Shown here in pieces: positions 1-13,580 of a DNA stretch of 64,000 bases (its first letter is position 1; every line of letters starts with the position of its first letter). This stretch comes from Octopus bimaculoides (lineage: Eukaryota), in the NCBI RefSeq assembly GCF_001194135.2, contig NC_068986.1, positions 73,565,036 through 73,629,035 on the forward strand, given 5' to 3'. Position numbers and translations under genes: made by a program. The notes beneath the pieces are model-generated. The model was not told the origin of the DNA, made no database searches, and worked only from the letters and a program-made list of their open reading frames with translations.

Positions 1-848
1 GTTTCTGAGCCTCTGTAAGAGCATCTTAACACTCCATTATTCCTTACTTAAGAAAGTATTGTATGATTTGATGGAGATTGGCTGCTATTTCTAGCAGATC
101 AAGAAGCCATGTAGAAACTCCATCAATTTTAGATCAAGTATGTATGGTAGAGCAACTGCGATATAAAGATTAGATTTATTCACTTTGCTGCATAAGTAGT
201 CAAGAATATTGAAAGAAAGAAGAAAGGAGTAAAATTAAATTTAATGCCACAATTCTCTTGTAGTATCTGAAACTAAGAATAAATGGCTGGTTTGAAAACA
301 GGAGATATCAGTAGCAGCAACAACAACAATTGAATCAAAGAATAACATTTAGAAATGGAAATGTTTCTTCATAGTCTATTTTTTAATAATAATATTGTTG
401 TTATATCTTCAGTTCACCTGATGCTATAGTTTCACTGTTGTAGCAGCTGTTACGATAAACAGTTTCACTAAGAACTTCCATATATTTTGGGGGTTTTATT
501 CTCAAGAAACAAATATAGAAAATGTAGTCTTTTCCAATATATGATACTAGGAGATTCTTGTTTGATTACACAACACACACACGCACATGCACACACACAC
601 ACGCACATGCACACACACACACACACACACATGGATAAATATGTATACATACATACTTACTCCTCATCAATACACAAGCATATAGATGTGTGTATGTATA
701 GTCACCACATACATATGTCCGTGTATATATGTGTGTGTGTATATATCGTCTTTTCACATGCACACACTCACATACATACATGTCTATATACTCACACACA
801 CACACATCTATATATATATCTATATATCTGTGTATACATTCACACACA

Positions 849-987
<139 letters not shown>

Positions 988-1301
988 GTACTTTCTTGTT
1001 TCTTATTACTATTTAATCCAATAGTTTTCTTTCAGTTTTCTATATTTTATTTTCCAATTTAGTTTTATTTTTCTTCATTCCAATCTAATTAGAGTAAGTA
1101 TATGGACTGATGTTGCTGTGTGCCATGAAAAACGCAATGTTGTCTTTGAATCTTTCGCATTTCTATTTGTTTACCTGCTGTGAAGAAATAGGCAATAATG
1201 AGAACAGTTAGTACCATAGTATAGTGTAAATGTGAGATACCAGCAAGCTGAGTCTCTGTTCTTTTGGTGTCTGTTGTTGATAGAGTATGGTGTGTCATAT
1301 A

Positions 1302-2183
1302 CGAAGGGGTACCCAAAAGAAACCGGAATTTTGCAATATTATTTCATTCACTTAGTTTTGCGTGTTTACACTTTTATCACCTTCAAAATATTCTCCATTT
1401 GAAGCGATGCATTGGTCCAGGTGTGTTTTCCACTATTCGAAGCAGTGCTGGAACTCTTGCAAAGTGATGCCTTTTAATGCCTTTGTCATGTTTTTTCTTC
1501 ACCTTTTCCACACCTGCAAATGCTATAGCATCAGCTTTTGTCACCAGTGATGACCTTTGAAAAAGGTCTGGATCAACTTTCAACTGTTCTTTCAATTCAT
1601 GACATGCATTCAGGTGTGACTGTTTATGATCTTCCGTGAGCAAGCGAAGCACAAATTTTGCTGCAACTCTTTTCATTTGCAAATTCTTGTTCAAAATTCG
1701 TTGGCAGGAGCTCCAGGACACACCAGCCAAATCAAATTCATCAATTGTTCGGTGACGGTCCTCCTCGAACAGTTCATGAATTTTCATGATGTTTTCATTT
1801 ATTCAGGAGGTTGACAGTTGTCCTGAACGAGGTTGGTCCCCAAGCGACAAGTGACCATTCCAAAAGCATGAAAAACACATGTAAACTTGTGTTTTGCTCA
1901 TGGTAGTGTCCTTGTAAGCTGTTTGAAGCATGACAGCTTTTTCAGCTGCCATTTTCCCCCACAGAAAACAATTTAATAGAAGCATGCTGTCCCTTTGTTT
2001 CAGCAGGAGAGAAGCATTGCAAAACAAAGATGCACCATGTTGCAGTACAACATGAGTAGACATTGCTGGTTGGCAGACTGATGCCTGAGGGTCACATCAA
2101 GTGACTTCTCGCAGCAGAAGCCTGAACTACCACGGGTTTTGTCTTACAGAGAATGTTTCCGGTTACTTTTGGGTACCCCCTCA
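1302..2183 (-). mobile_element. Internally deleted mariner-type (Tc1/mariner) element with both TIRs
   Basis: 27-bp TIRs CGAAGGGGTACCCAAAAGAAACCGGAA (1302-1328) and 2157-2183 (24/27 match); TA on the left. Minus strand encodes a mariner HTH region (LKQR..NCFLWGKMAAE..; EDRHRTIDE..SWSSCQRIL..LQMKRVAAKFVLRLL), then KVITGDKS*CY, then the C-terminus (FQHCFE*WKTHLDQCIASNGEYFEGD), with frameshifts. Confidence 0.9.
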
Positions 2184-2377
2184 CAGTGGGGGGAAAGTCT
2201 GGTAGTGCTGCTGTTTTTCTCCTAGAGTGCTCCTGGAGACTTCCTTGTCACATAGTGTAACACTGGGGAAAGTCCGAGACTGGTGCTGTCTTTCTCACCA
2301 AATTAAATATTGGAAGGGATTTGTTTTAGTGCTACAAATTAATGAAACATTTATCAATTAATGGGCACTTAATTGCT

Positions 2378-2792
2378 GCAGGCATAGCTGTGTGGTTAAG
2401 AAACTGACTTTGCAATCATGAGGTTTCAAGTTCAGTCCCATTGCACAACACCTTGGGCAAGTGTCTTCTACTATAGCCCCAAGGCAACAAATTACCTGTG
2501 AGTGAATTTGGCAGACAGAAAGTGTGTGGAAGTGCATTATGTGTGTGTATGTGTGTTTGTGTGTGCATGCGTTTGTGTTTGTCTTTGTATCTGTGTTTGT
2601 CATCCTAATCCCCTACATGTTGACAACTGGAGATGGTTTGTTTACATCCCCATAACTTAGTAAGTTGACAAGAGAGATCAATAGAATAAATACCAGACTT
2701 AAAAGGTATGTGCTGGTAAGATTTGTTTAACTAAAGCCCCTTAAGGTGGTGCCCTAGCATGGCCATAATCTACTGACTAAAACAAGTAAAAG
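2378..2792 (+). mobile_element. Main tRNA-derived SINE, diverged copy
   Basis: Head GCAGGCATAGCTGTGTGGTTAAG..GGTTTCAAGTTCAGTCCCA..TTGGGCAAGTGTCTTCTACTATAGCC, internal TG tract, tail CCAGCATGGCC..AAACAAGTAAAAG. Confidence 0.85.
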
Positions 2793-2961
2793 TTAACTCC
2801 ACAGTGTTACCATTGCATTAAGCAGAACTATATCTCTGAAGAAGTATGTTAGAAAGAGCAGCTAATTGTCCTGCTAATTGCACTCTAATTTATTACATAA
2901 AGAAGTAAATAGTGAAAAGTATACTCCTAAATATCTTGGATTATAAGTCTGCTTAATCAGA

Positions 2962-3345
2962 CAACAAGGACAATGAAGAAAAAAGGCATTGCCAGGGCAA
3001 TGCATACCCTGCGCGCACACAAGGATAAAATAAAATTTAATTTAATAAATATACTCTCAGACGAATTCATATTTCAACAAAATGACATCAAGGGTTATTT
3101 CCCCTGCTTATTTGTGTATAAATGTAACAGAGAAAAAACAAAAATGTCTTGATTTACCTGTCCGCCAGTTTTGAAGATAATCAAACCAAAATTTAATGAG
3201 TTTGAGCTGCTCACCCAATGAATATTTCTGCCAAATTTGGTGAAAATCCATTCAGCAGTTTTCCAGTAATTTTGCAAATACACAGACAAATAGACTATGA
3301 TGAGCAACTACAATAACTCAGCTTTGCTTATGCATGCAGGGTTAA
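2962..3345. mobile_element. Possible non-autonomous Helentron/Helitron-like element (HINE-like)
   Basis: Subterminal inverted repeat TACCCTGCGCGCA (3005-17) versus 3331-43 (10/13). Internal AAATTTGGTGAAAATCCATTCAGCAGTTT..ACAGACAAATAGAC resembles the 3' region of such elements (recalled). Confidence 0.4.
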
Positions 3346-4047
3346 CAGTTCTATCATATGGGTATTATTAATGTTAGGTGGACTGTGATGTGCCTTTGCC
3401 ATGGATCAAATGGAACTCAGATCATTTGGTTTTGGAATCTGAATTATTGNNNNNNNNNNNNNNNNNNNNNNNNNNNNNNNNNNNNNNNNNNNNNNNNNNN
3501 CCATCTGTCCAGATGTTTTAATGCCCTCTCTTCTCTATTGCATTTTTGTTCCATAGATATATGTGTGTGTGTGTGTGTGTGTGTGTTTGTTTGTTTGTTT
3601 ATGTTTGTTCCCCACTACTACTTAATAACTGATGTTAGTTTGTTTATGTCCTCATAGCTTAGTGGTTTGACTAAAGAGACCAATAAAATAAGTACTAGAC
3701 TTAAAAGATAAGTACTGGGGTTGATTTGTTTTTCAACTAAAACCCTTCAAGGCAGTGCTACAGCATGGGCTGCAGTCCAATGACTGAAGCAAGTAAAATA
3801 TAAAGGTAGTTGCAGGAGAGGAGGAAGTACTCATGACTTATGTTGAAACGCTCTCATCTTTGTGACCTTTGCAGGACCTTAGTGGCCTCTGCAGGCCATC
3901 CCACAATATGGTGCTTAATGTTCACCTGTTTAATGTCAATACCAGCAAGAGTAGGACTAAGCGAGGACTGAGAGGTCTGGAACATAGTAAACTCTACTAA
4001 AGACATCCAAAGATCAGATGACACCTTGAACCTAAGCAATTTAAGCA

Positions 4048-4790
4048 AGTAAAGGCCCAGGACATTCAGGTATTACTGTTGAGATGCATAAAAGTTTTAG
4101 CAGAGGAGGATACAGCTTCGTTAGCTCGGGTTGTACAAGAAGGTGTCATACCCAGTGACTGGTGTCACAGCAACATAGTCAACTGTTGCAAAGGTAAAGA
4201 AGTCTTAGAGAGAGGAAATTACTGATCTATCAAATTGCTGGACTAGATCATAAAAATTACAGAAAGAATTATTGCTCACTTAATTAGAGAGAGAGTTGAG
4301 AGAGTGTTGGACTAAATGAGATGCAGTTTGGTTTTGTGCCAAAGAAAAGTACAACTGATGCTCTCTTTCTGTTAAGGTAACTGCAGTAATAATATTAAAC
4401 CAAAAGTAAGCCACTGCACTTAGCATTCATTGACCTGGAGAAAGCCTTTGATGGTGACCCCTCACTCTATGATTTGGTGCTTTCTGAGGAAGCTAGAGAC
4501 AGAAGAATATTTTATGAAAACCATGTACAGAGCTGATAGTAACGACAAATTTAGTGTGCAGATAGGAGTTCATCAGGGCTTGGTTCTCACTTTCCTCTTA
4601 TTCATTATAGTCTTCCTGACCATTACAGAGGAGTTTAAAACTACTTACCTGGAGTAAGTAAGTGTTATATACTGACAACCTCATTACTGAATCTGTAATG
4701 GCATTAGGCAAATAAGCAGAAGCCGGAATCAAAGGATCTCAAAGTTAATTTAACAAAGACTAGTTTTAGTAAGTAGGAAAACAGACATGA
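4048..4790 (+). mobile_element. RTE-clade LINE reverse-transcriptase fragment (decayed)
   Basis: Translates with stops and frameshifts to KGPGHSGITVEM..EGVIPSDWCHS..RGNY*SIKLLD..MQFGFVPKKSTTDALF..LAFIDLEKAFD..GVHQGLVL..LLFIIV..KVNLTKT. Confidence 0.9.
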
Positions 4791-5804
4791 TTCAAAAAGA
4801 AACATACAACCTTTGTGGCTAGTTCAATCTGATTTATTCCTATCTTCTGAAGGTGTATTATTAAATTTGAAATCACATTAGTCAGATTATATCATGATAC
4901 TACAAGAACAGAATTATTATACAAAAAAACCTGTTTTACTTAATTCATTTCCAATGAATTTCTACAAACAATTGCACACCATGAAAATGTGTTTATCAAG
5001 AGGGGTAAAAGCAAAAAAAAAAAAAAAAAAAAAAAAAAGCACACATATGCACACTCACATATATATACAAGCACACATATACACAAATCACATGATGGCT
5101 CTCAAGTTTCATTTGCTTTCAGTTAGTTCTTCACGCATACTATATAAGTGTTTTATTTTCCCTGGTTTCTACCACTAATTGTTGTTCTAAGTCTACTATA
5201 GTGCCACTGAAAATTCTCTTTACTGCATTGGTTGTATAAATCACTTTTACTGCTTCATACACAATTTTCAGAATCAATGGATGTTTTAATAGGTATGTGT
5301 GTATGGGAGGAACTTTTAGTATTGGTTGCAAATGAAATAACTCATTCATGTATATTCACCTTTAACCATTATATGTGTGTGTGTCTAACAGCTATAATTG
5401 ACTAACGAACTAGTACTAGAGAATAACAGGAATCGCAGATGTAAAAGAGGTAGTTCTATAGACATCATTTATTTCTCTTTTGGTAAATTAACACTTTCAT
5501 AATAATATTTTTAATGAAATGCACTATGTGTTTTGATTAATTTTGAAAATAATCAAGAATTTGAAGAAATTTACTAAAATCCATTATTGAGCTGGTGTTG
5601 GATTGGTAACAAAAAGATCTTTGACAAAAGACTGATGGGAGGTTGTAATTTAAATATAAACAGATATGGCTGTGTGGTAAGAAGTTTGCTTTCCAACCAC
5701 ATCATTCCAGGTTCAGTCCCATTACATTGCACCTTTGGCAAATGTCTTTTTACAATAGCAAGTGAATTTCCTTGACACAAGCTGAAAAATGCCTGTCATT
5801 TATG

Positions 5805-6144
5805 TATCATCATCATCACTTAGCATCTGCTTTCAAAGCTGCCATGGGCTAAACAATTTCACTGGGATTGGTAAGCTGGAGAGCTGTACCAGGCTCCAAT
5901 CTGATTTGGCTTGGTTTCCATGGCTGGATGCCCTTCCTAACACTAACCTCTCCAAGAGTGTAGTGGGTGCCTTTTATATGTCACCAGCACTGGCCACATC
6001 TACGATTTCACTTGTCTTAACGAGTCTTCTCAAGCACAGGAAACTGCCAAAGGTCTCGATCACTTGTCACCACATCTGTGAGACTCAACATCTGAAGATC
6101 ATGCTTCACCACTTCATCCCATATCTTCCTGGGTCTGTCTCTTC

Positions 6145-6146
<2 letters not shown>
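5805..6146 (-). mobile_element. RTE LINE 3' end inserted into a SINE (SINE head 5665-5780, tail 6220-6435, +)
   Basis: Minus strand CGRDRPRKIWDEVVKHDLQMLSLTDVVTSDRDLW, followed by the shared RTE 3'UTR and a (GAT)n tail. Confidence 0.85.
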
Positions 6147-6180
<34 letters not shown>

Positions 6181-6195
6181 CACTCTTCCACATAC

Positions 6196-6226
<31 letters not shown>

Positions 6227-7341
6227 AGTGAGTGTGTCTGCTTATCTCCAACCAATTGAAAGCCAGTGTTGGTGTGTTTACATCCCTGTGACATAGCAGT
6301 TCGACAAAAGAAACCGATAGAATAAGTACCAAGCTTTGAAAGATAAGTACTGGGGTCACTTCAGTCAACTAAAATTTTCAAGGTGATGCCCCAGCATGGT
6401 CGCAGTCTAATGACTGAGACAAGTAAATGATAAAAGAATTTCTTATGAGATACCGTGTATAACAGAGATGGAGGTGTTGGTCTCAGAAGGATTAGTTTGA
6501 GATAAGTTAAAGAAACTTTGAAAAATAAGGACAGACTTCAGCTTCAAAAAAAAATTAGAGTCTTTATTGTTTAGCTACAGATCAACCTGGATTGAAGAAA
6601 AATCTACCCATGATCCCTCTGTTGTAGGACTAAATCATTTAATGTCTTTGCTTAAGACAATAGGATGTGATTTAGTATAGATTTAGCTGCTATTTCTAGC
6701 AGGAGTAAGAACCATGTCGAGGGTTATCTGTAAAAACTATCTATGAAATTTTTATATTATAGATGTATCCAACCCACACAAATAAAGAGGGAAAAGTACA
6801 TAAGAGTGATTACCTTGGTGACAATGATAGTGAGTGACATTGGCAAACCCATTTTCTATGGCTGTGAATGTCCACTTTCAGCTATTCTAGTAAATAAATA
6901 TTTTATTACAAGCTTTGACTGTTGTTTTCTTGTTTGAATACACCATACTATAATCTTCATCATAATTTGATATCTGCTTTCTTCACTGGCAGGAGTTGGA
7001 TAGTTTGACAGGATCCAGTAGGTCAGTGCATGCTAAATTCTGATGGCACCTATTGGTAGTTTTGATTTGCTGGATAGTGTGTTTAGTTGAGAATCAGATC
7101 TGTACAGTTGCTGATGAAATGATGTCGTCTTCAAGACAATTAACTTAACTCAATGACACTTATGACATACTATGTCATATCAACAATTAAAATTTCAAAT
7201 TTAAAAGGACATGACATAGTATGACATAAATGTCTGTATATTGTCTTTATTGTCCTTTTGATTGTAAAATAAATGGATTAATCAACAGAGTACAGTGTCT
7301 GCAAGTTGATGAGTACCTCATATTCCCCTCCATTCTCTTAT

Positions 7342-7413
<72 letters not shown>

Positions 7414-7783
7414 AGGAGTGGCTGTGTGGTAAGTAGCTTGCTTACCAACCACATGGTTCTGGGTTCAGTCCCACTGCATGGCACTTTAGGCAAGTGTCTT
7501 CTATAGCCTCGGGCTGACTAAAGCCTTGTTAGTGGATTTGGTAGATGGAAACCGAAAGAAGCCTGTCGTATATATGTATATATATATATATGTGTGTGTG
7601 TGTGTTTGTCCCACCAGCATTGCTTGACAACCGATGCTTGACAACCCGTAACTTGGTGGTTCGGCAAAACAGACCAATAGAATAAGTACTAGGCTAACAA
7701 AGAATAAGTCCGGAGGTTGATTTGTTTGACAAAAGGCGGTGCTCCAGCATGGCCACAGTCAAATGACTGAAACAAGTAAAAGA
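7414..7783 (+). mobile_element. Main tRNA-derived SINE, near full length
   Basis: AGGAGTGGCTGTGTGGTAAGTAGCTTGC (A box), GGGTTCAGTCCC (B box), internal TA/TG tract, tail GGTGCTCCAGCATGGCCACAGTCAAATGACTGAAACAAGTAAAAGA. Confidence 0.95.
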
Positions 7784-7965
7784 ATATATATATATATTTA
7801 TATATACATACATGTACATGCATGCACACACTCACATGTCATATACACACACATTTTGCATTGATATGACAAAGGTAGTCAAATATTCAAACCTTTGAAA
7901 ATGTATAACTCCCTCTATCTCTTTTTCTCACTCTCAAACCCTATGTATGTACGTGTGTGTGTGTG

Positions 7966-8038
<73 letters not shown>

Positions 8039-8699
8039 ATATTTGGATGTATTTATACATGTATGTGTTTATGTATGTACATGTATATTTGTGTGCACAT
8101 GCTTATGAGAATGTGTGTGTGTGTATGTATAGAAGCCTGCATGAGCATTTTCTCTTTATGATAAGAGCACATATTGCAATAGTGAAGTGATTCTGCAGGA
8201 TGTCGGTTAATATTGCTTGAAAATCACTTGCGAATTGCCGAGAATTGAAGGGAATCATTTCTCACTATGTGTTTGTTCTGCTTCATTGATTGTTGTGTTC
8301 AGCCAGTGGAAATTTTTACACCAAGAGAAAATGCACACAGACACATGCATATATGTGCTAATACTTCAAGACACTTACACACACACATACACATGCACAC
8401 ATGCATGCATGCGCACGTGCACACACACACACACTCATGCAGAGCTATGTCTATTCTCACATGCATACATATTGCAGATATTGGTGTACAAGCTGATGTA
8501 ATCCCATATAATCATACATTCGGTCAAAGGCATAAACATGGACTGACACATGCATCTGAAAATATGAGCACACGCACGCGCGCACACGCGCGCACACACA
8601 CGCACACAGACACACCGACACACACACACACACACACAATACACACACACACACGTACACATTCATAGTTCCTCTATGTACTGTTCTCTGTTCTACATT

Positions 8700-9120
8700 C
8701 TGCTAGATCCAGCCACCTTGGTCAGAATGTAATTAATGCGGTCATATAAAATCTTGACAGAACCTATTGGTAATTTTGATTTTGTTGGATAATGTGTTTA
8801 GTTGAGAAATCAGTTCTGTACAGGTGCTGATAAAACGATGCCATCTTCAAGATGATTAACTTAACTCAATGATGTTGAAATTAATTTTGCAGGAAGTGTA
8901 AGTTCTCTAACTGTGCTTGCTTCAACATCAAAGAAGAAATATAGGAAGATTGTTGAAAAGATTGTTGGTCAGAACATCATCTATGGTGTTCCGACTTAGT
9001 GGAGCTGATGTTCGCAAATGTTTTTAGAGATTGTCATCTGTGTCAAGACAATATTGAATATTGATCTGTTTGGCAGTTAGTTGATGGCTTATTGAAAATC
9101 ACATCCATCAAGACAGTTAT
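8700..9120 (-). mobile_element. Unclassified dispersed repeat; part also present at 7040-7154
   Basis: 8755-8875 and 7040-7154 are clearly homologous (ACCTATTGGTA.TTTTGATTT..GTGTTTAGTTGAGAA..TCTGTACAG.TGCTGAT..TCTTCAAGA..ATTAACTTAACTCAATGA). Family not identified. Confidence 0.55.
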
Positions 9121-9190
9121 TGATTTTCTAAAAAATACTTTTCTTTATCCTTTCTTTTGTTTAACATCATATATATATATGTGCATATAA

Positions 9191-9253
<63 letters not shown>

Positions 9254-9537
9254 GATATATATACACATGTATATGTATATATATGTATATACATATATAT
9301 TTTTATGTTTATGCATCCCACACATGCATGCACAAACATGCATACACACACACCTATATACTTATGTATACATATGTAGATGTATATATATATATATATA
9401 TGTGCATATATAGATGTGTGTGTATACATATATATATNNNNNNNNNNNNNNNNNNNNNNNNNNNNNNNNNNNNNNNNNNNNNNNNNNNNNNNNNNNNNNN
9501 NNNNNNNNNNNNNNNNNNNNNNNNNNNNNNNNNNNNN

Positions 9538-9570
<33 letters not shown>

Positions 9571-10504
9571 GTATATAAATATATGTACATATATGTATAT
9601 TTATATACATGCATAAATATATATAGTTACACCTGCATGAACCAACAGATATATATTTTTTTGTGTTTGTCTTTATGTGCTTTGATCTCTTATTTTCTTC
9701 CGCTCTAACTTTTTCAAAGTTTGATTTTTAGATGCTGAAGAAGATGTTTACAAAAAGATGGCCATTATATTGTTAACATACTAAGTGTAAAAGTTCTCTG
9801 ATTCAACTAACTTCATCTTTAGCCTTATTTGAATGAACAATATTAGATTCAGCCAGTCAATATCTTAACCATTTAACCGTCATGTTTATTTATTATATCA
9901 TATTCTTCATCTGATTGCATACAAACTAATGAGCTAGGCTCATCAAATACCTTGTGTCATCACACCAAAATCCCTGTATGGCTTTGCCTTGTGGACATTT
10001 GTTGTTAGATCCAGGTTAGTTCTGGAGAACTAGGAACAAAGGCGTTCCAGTTATGACTTTCCTGACTAGTGCAATTATAGTTCTACTTTCAAATAAACCC
10101 AAGGAGAGAAAATGTGAGAATAGTGGTGATGATGATGATGAATATGATGAATATGATGATGATGGTGATGATGCTCTAAGTGAAGTTAAATTAAAAATAT
10201 ATCATTTAAAAAGTGATCAAAAATGGTTTTTTGATACTTCTAGTGTTAAGCAGAATACTTTGTGAATATGATTTGTGTATATAGGCAGACAGAAAAAAAA
10301 GAAAGACAGACTTAATATCCATAACCTTGTACATAGTCAAGTTTACCTGCAGATGCTCATAGGAACGCCGCTACACTCATCTAAGTAGCTTATCCCCTGC
10401 CAGACACCAACCAGATATTCTAAGCATTAAGCTTTTGGTAACTTTGGGTTTTAATTGCAGTTTTTATTGTTACTGTTATTATTATCATGGTAGAGAATAA
10501 ACCA

Positions 10505-11795
10505 TTATTATTATTATCAAGCTAGTACACTCCAATTTAATTAACAAGAATGATAATCTGAGGTTTGGTGACAACAAGTCTCCTCAAGTCTCAGGAATCT
10601 TCCTTAGAGCTTTTATAGAATATAAGATGGTACTTTCCTGCAAATTGACAGTGCAGGTTTCTTTCAGTCTTTTAGGTAGCATTTTAGGTATTGTACCAAG
10701 TGTATCAGTTTCCACTGGAATAATTGTCTTCTTGGTATTTTTAGTCTTTTCAGCACTCTGGCTAGTTTCCAATTTTTCTCAATCTTTTTCGATTTCTTCA
10801 GTATTGACTCTGTTATCATAGGGCATTATTGCAAAGTCTACAATCTTACACTGTTTGTTTATTTTGTGCTTCAATAGTATGGTCAGTCTTTATAGGGAGA
10901 GTTCCATAAAATCCTGTAATTCTCATTCTCTGTCACAGCTTCTAGCTTTCAAAGCCACATACTTTACTAGCTTCTCAATGCATTATTTTACCTATACAGT
11001 CATGCCTACACTTTTATTCTTTTTGTGCTAGCTTACTGCACTCACTCAAGAGATACTTTTGTCACCTTTCCTTCATACTCCACATTTGCTGTCTGATTGA
11101 GTTTTGTCAAGCTTTGCCTTTGTCAGATGGCTTGTTCCTGAGTGGCTATAATTTGCCTTTGTCTAATGGATATAATTAGTATTCTTTACTTCCAATATTC
11201 TCAGCTTGTTGCATGAATTGACCACATAAGTCCATCTCTTTCCATTTTCTTGCTCTTTTGTTCTTCCTTCTCTTCTTGAATTCTCCAATTGTTTCTCAGT
11301 AAGTTTTTGGGAACCTGTAGATGCTGATAATATTCTTTCTTTACTCTGCGCAACATAACTATTTCAATCTCTTTACCATGGTACTAACAGTGTCCTCTGA
11401 ATTTAGTATCCTCTGTCTCCTTTCTTTTTTGGTATGTAGAGTCTGTTGGTATTACTTTTAGAGCAGTGTGTGTTGTGGATTGTGAGCAGCTTTCTAGTTC
11501 TATCCAAGTTCTGGAACTCAACCTTTGTCCATTTCAGAAAGGGAGTAAGGTATCTTAATACTGGCATAGCCTATGTATTTATTGCTTTTAATGATATTCT
11601 CTACATTTAATTTTATTTCAAGCAGCTTCCTAATTCTCCTCTTATATTCTGTACAGATTTTCTCTCTTATTTCTCCTTCCTTTATCCTATCACCTTGCAA
11701 CACCCCTAGGTATTTGTATCTAATGATGTTGTCTTGTGGTAATTTTATATAATCAGAGTTTATTATCTGGCCTCTCTTCATAATTAGCACTACAT
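10505..11795 (-). mobile_element. R4/Dong-clade (restriction-like endonuclease) non-LTR retrotransposon, decayed 3' part
   Basis: Minus strand LIMKRGQI..YKYLGVLQGD..EYKRRIRKLLEIKLN; CCHC-like region ECSKLAQKE*KCRHD; RLE region CKIVDFA; IIPVETDTLGTIPK..KALRKIPET*; (TAA)n-type tail near 10470-10515. Confidence 0.85.
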
Positions 11796-11894
11796 AATTA
11801 CTTACCTTAAACTACATTCTTATATCCTTACCGAATACACATAATTCACAAACCCTGCCTCCATAAAATACAAAGTTTAAAATTTCTATATATT

Positions 11895-12270
11895 AATAAA
11901 GTTGCTTATAAAATAAAGAGCTCTTGTAGAGAAATATACTGACCAAGAACTTCTACATGTACCATATTCTCTTGTGAATATCGATGAACACGATAAATAA
12001 ATTTCTATGCTAACAACACCATGATATGCTCGACTAATAACTTACACCTTCCAAATACAAACAGGAAACATGCTAAATAACATCACAGCAAATAAAGAAA
12101 CTTACTGACCACCTAAAACATAACAACTGCAGACATTCTTTTGTGACCCTTAGAAATCCTTTTGCAAAAATTGACACACCCAATTACAAAATTTTTAAAT
12201 GTTAGAATAAACTTTGAATTTTACATTGCCAAAGCAAAGGATTAAATCCAATAAAACCAAACTTAGGTAA
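11895..12270 (+). mobile_element. Possible Penelope-like GIY-YIG endonuclease remnant
   Basis: NKVAYKIKSSCREIY*PRTSTC resembles the GIY-YIG motif (VVYKxxCxCGxxYIGxT). Heavily decayed. Confidence 0.3.
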
Positions 12271-12987
12271 AACTAATGACACATTTGCTGACCAAAAACT
12301 TCCTCTACCCACCTTCTTCCTTTTTTGTGAGTCACTAACACACAATCCCATGACCTAAACTTACACACTTGTTCACAAAGTACTACACACATGAATAAAT
12401 TCTGAACGTAATCATAATCCCAAATTTAATCAATAAAATATTTTCCACAACACCTCTTCATCACAACACACATTCTAACTTAATTACTATTCAATTGAAC
12501 CCCACAAATCCCAGATAAATTTTATCTCAACAGAGACAGAGACTACATAAAACTAAGATTAACTTAATGCATTATAGCTTGATGACTTAATTGTTCAAAA
12601 CCTCGATGTCAATGTCAATTCTATTGTCAAAAAATAGAAAATTTGTACTTTAAAAAAATCCTGACCAAAGCTTTGTGAGTGGATTTGGTAGAAGAAAACT
12701 GAAAGCGATCCATCATATATATATATGTACATTTGTGTACTTGTGTCAGAGTGCACAGTTTTCTTAATGGTTAGTGATGGTCTTCCTCAATCATGAGTGG
12801 GTAGCCATCATCATTGTCTATATATATATATATAACTCCAAATACACACACACATGCATATATCTATGCACATATATGTATATATGTAACCTGTATAGTA
12901 ACTATATAAATAGAGCTAATTAAGCTGTTTCTCTGTAGATTGAAAAATTCACGAACCTTAATTGATTTATTTGTTTGATTCTAATCG

Positions 12988-13048
<61 letters not shown>

Positions 13049-13049
<1 letters not shown>

Positions 13050-13255
13050 AGCTACTCGAGGCTCTGGCAAGGGGTGGTGGCGACCACTGTTGTATTCTTT
13101 CACCCCAAATTTCTCTCACTCTTTCTTCCTGTTTCTTGAGTAATGCTGCGATGGACTGGTATCCCGTCTGGCTGGGGTGAACACATACACCATAGAAACA
13201 GGGAAACCGGGCCCATGACCCTGGCTAGGCTTGAAAAGGGTGCATAAATTTAAAA
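13049..13255 (+). mobile_element. SINE fragment with the body of the 48044 family and a different tail
   Basis: GAGGCTCTGGCAAGGG..GGTGGCGACCACTG..TTTCTCTCACTCTTTCTTCCTGTTTC followed by GCGATGGACTGGTATCCCGTC. Confidence 0.7.
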
Positions 13256-13278
13256 AAAAATATGCATATGTATGTGTG

Positions 13279-13328
<50 letters not shown>

Positions 13329-13548
13329 TCTTTATATATATATATTTTTTTTTTTTTCTTTATATATATATGTGGTATATATATATTTAACATTACAATT
13401 CTTAACTCCTTATAACCTAGCTTTTATTTATATTAAAATTTATCAATATAAATTTCCATGGAACTTCATATATCAGTTTATACATATAAAATCTCAAATC
13501 ATATTCCAATATAAAACTGGTCATTAACATAATGCCATNNNNNNNNNN

Positions 13549-13580
<32 letters not shown>

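Noticed and set aside
10053-10265. Acidic ORF (SGDDDDEYDEYDDDGDD)
   Set aside because: Product of a (GAT)n tract; no splice signals or homology recognised.
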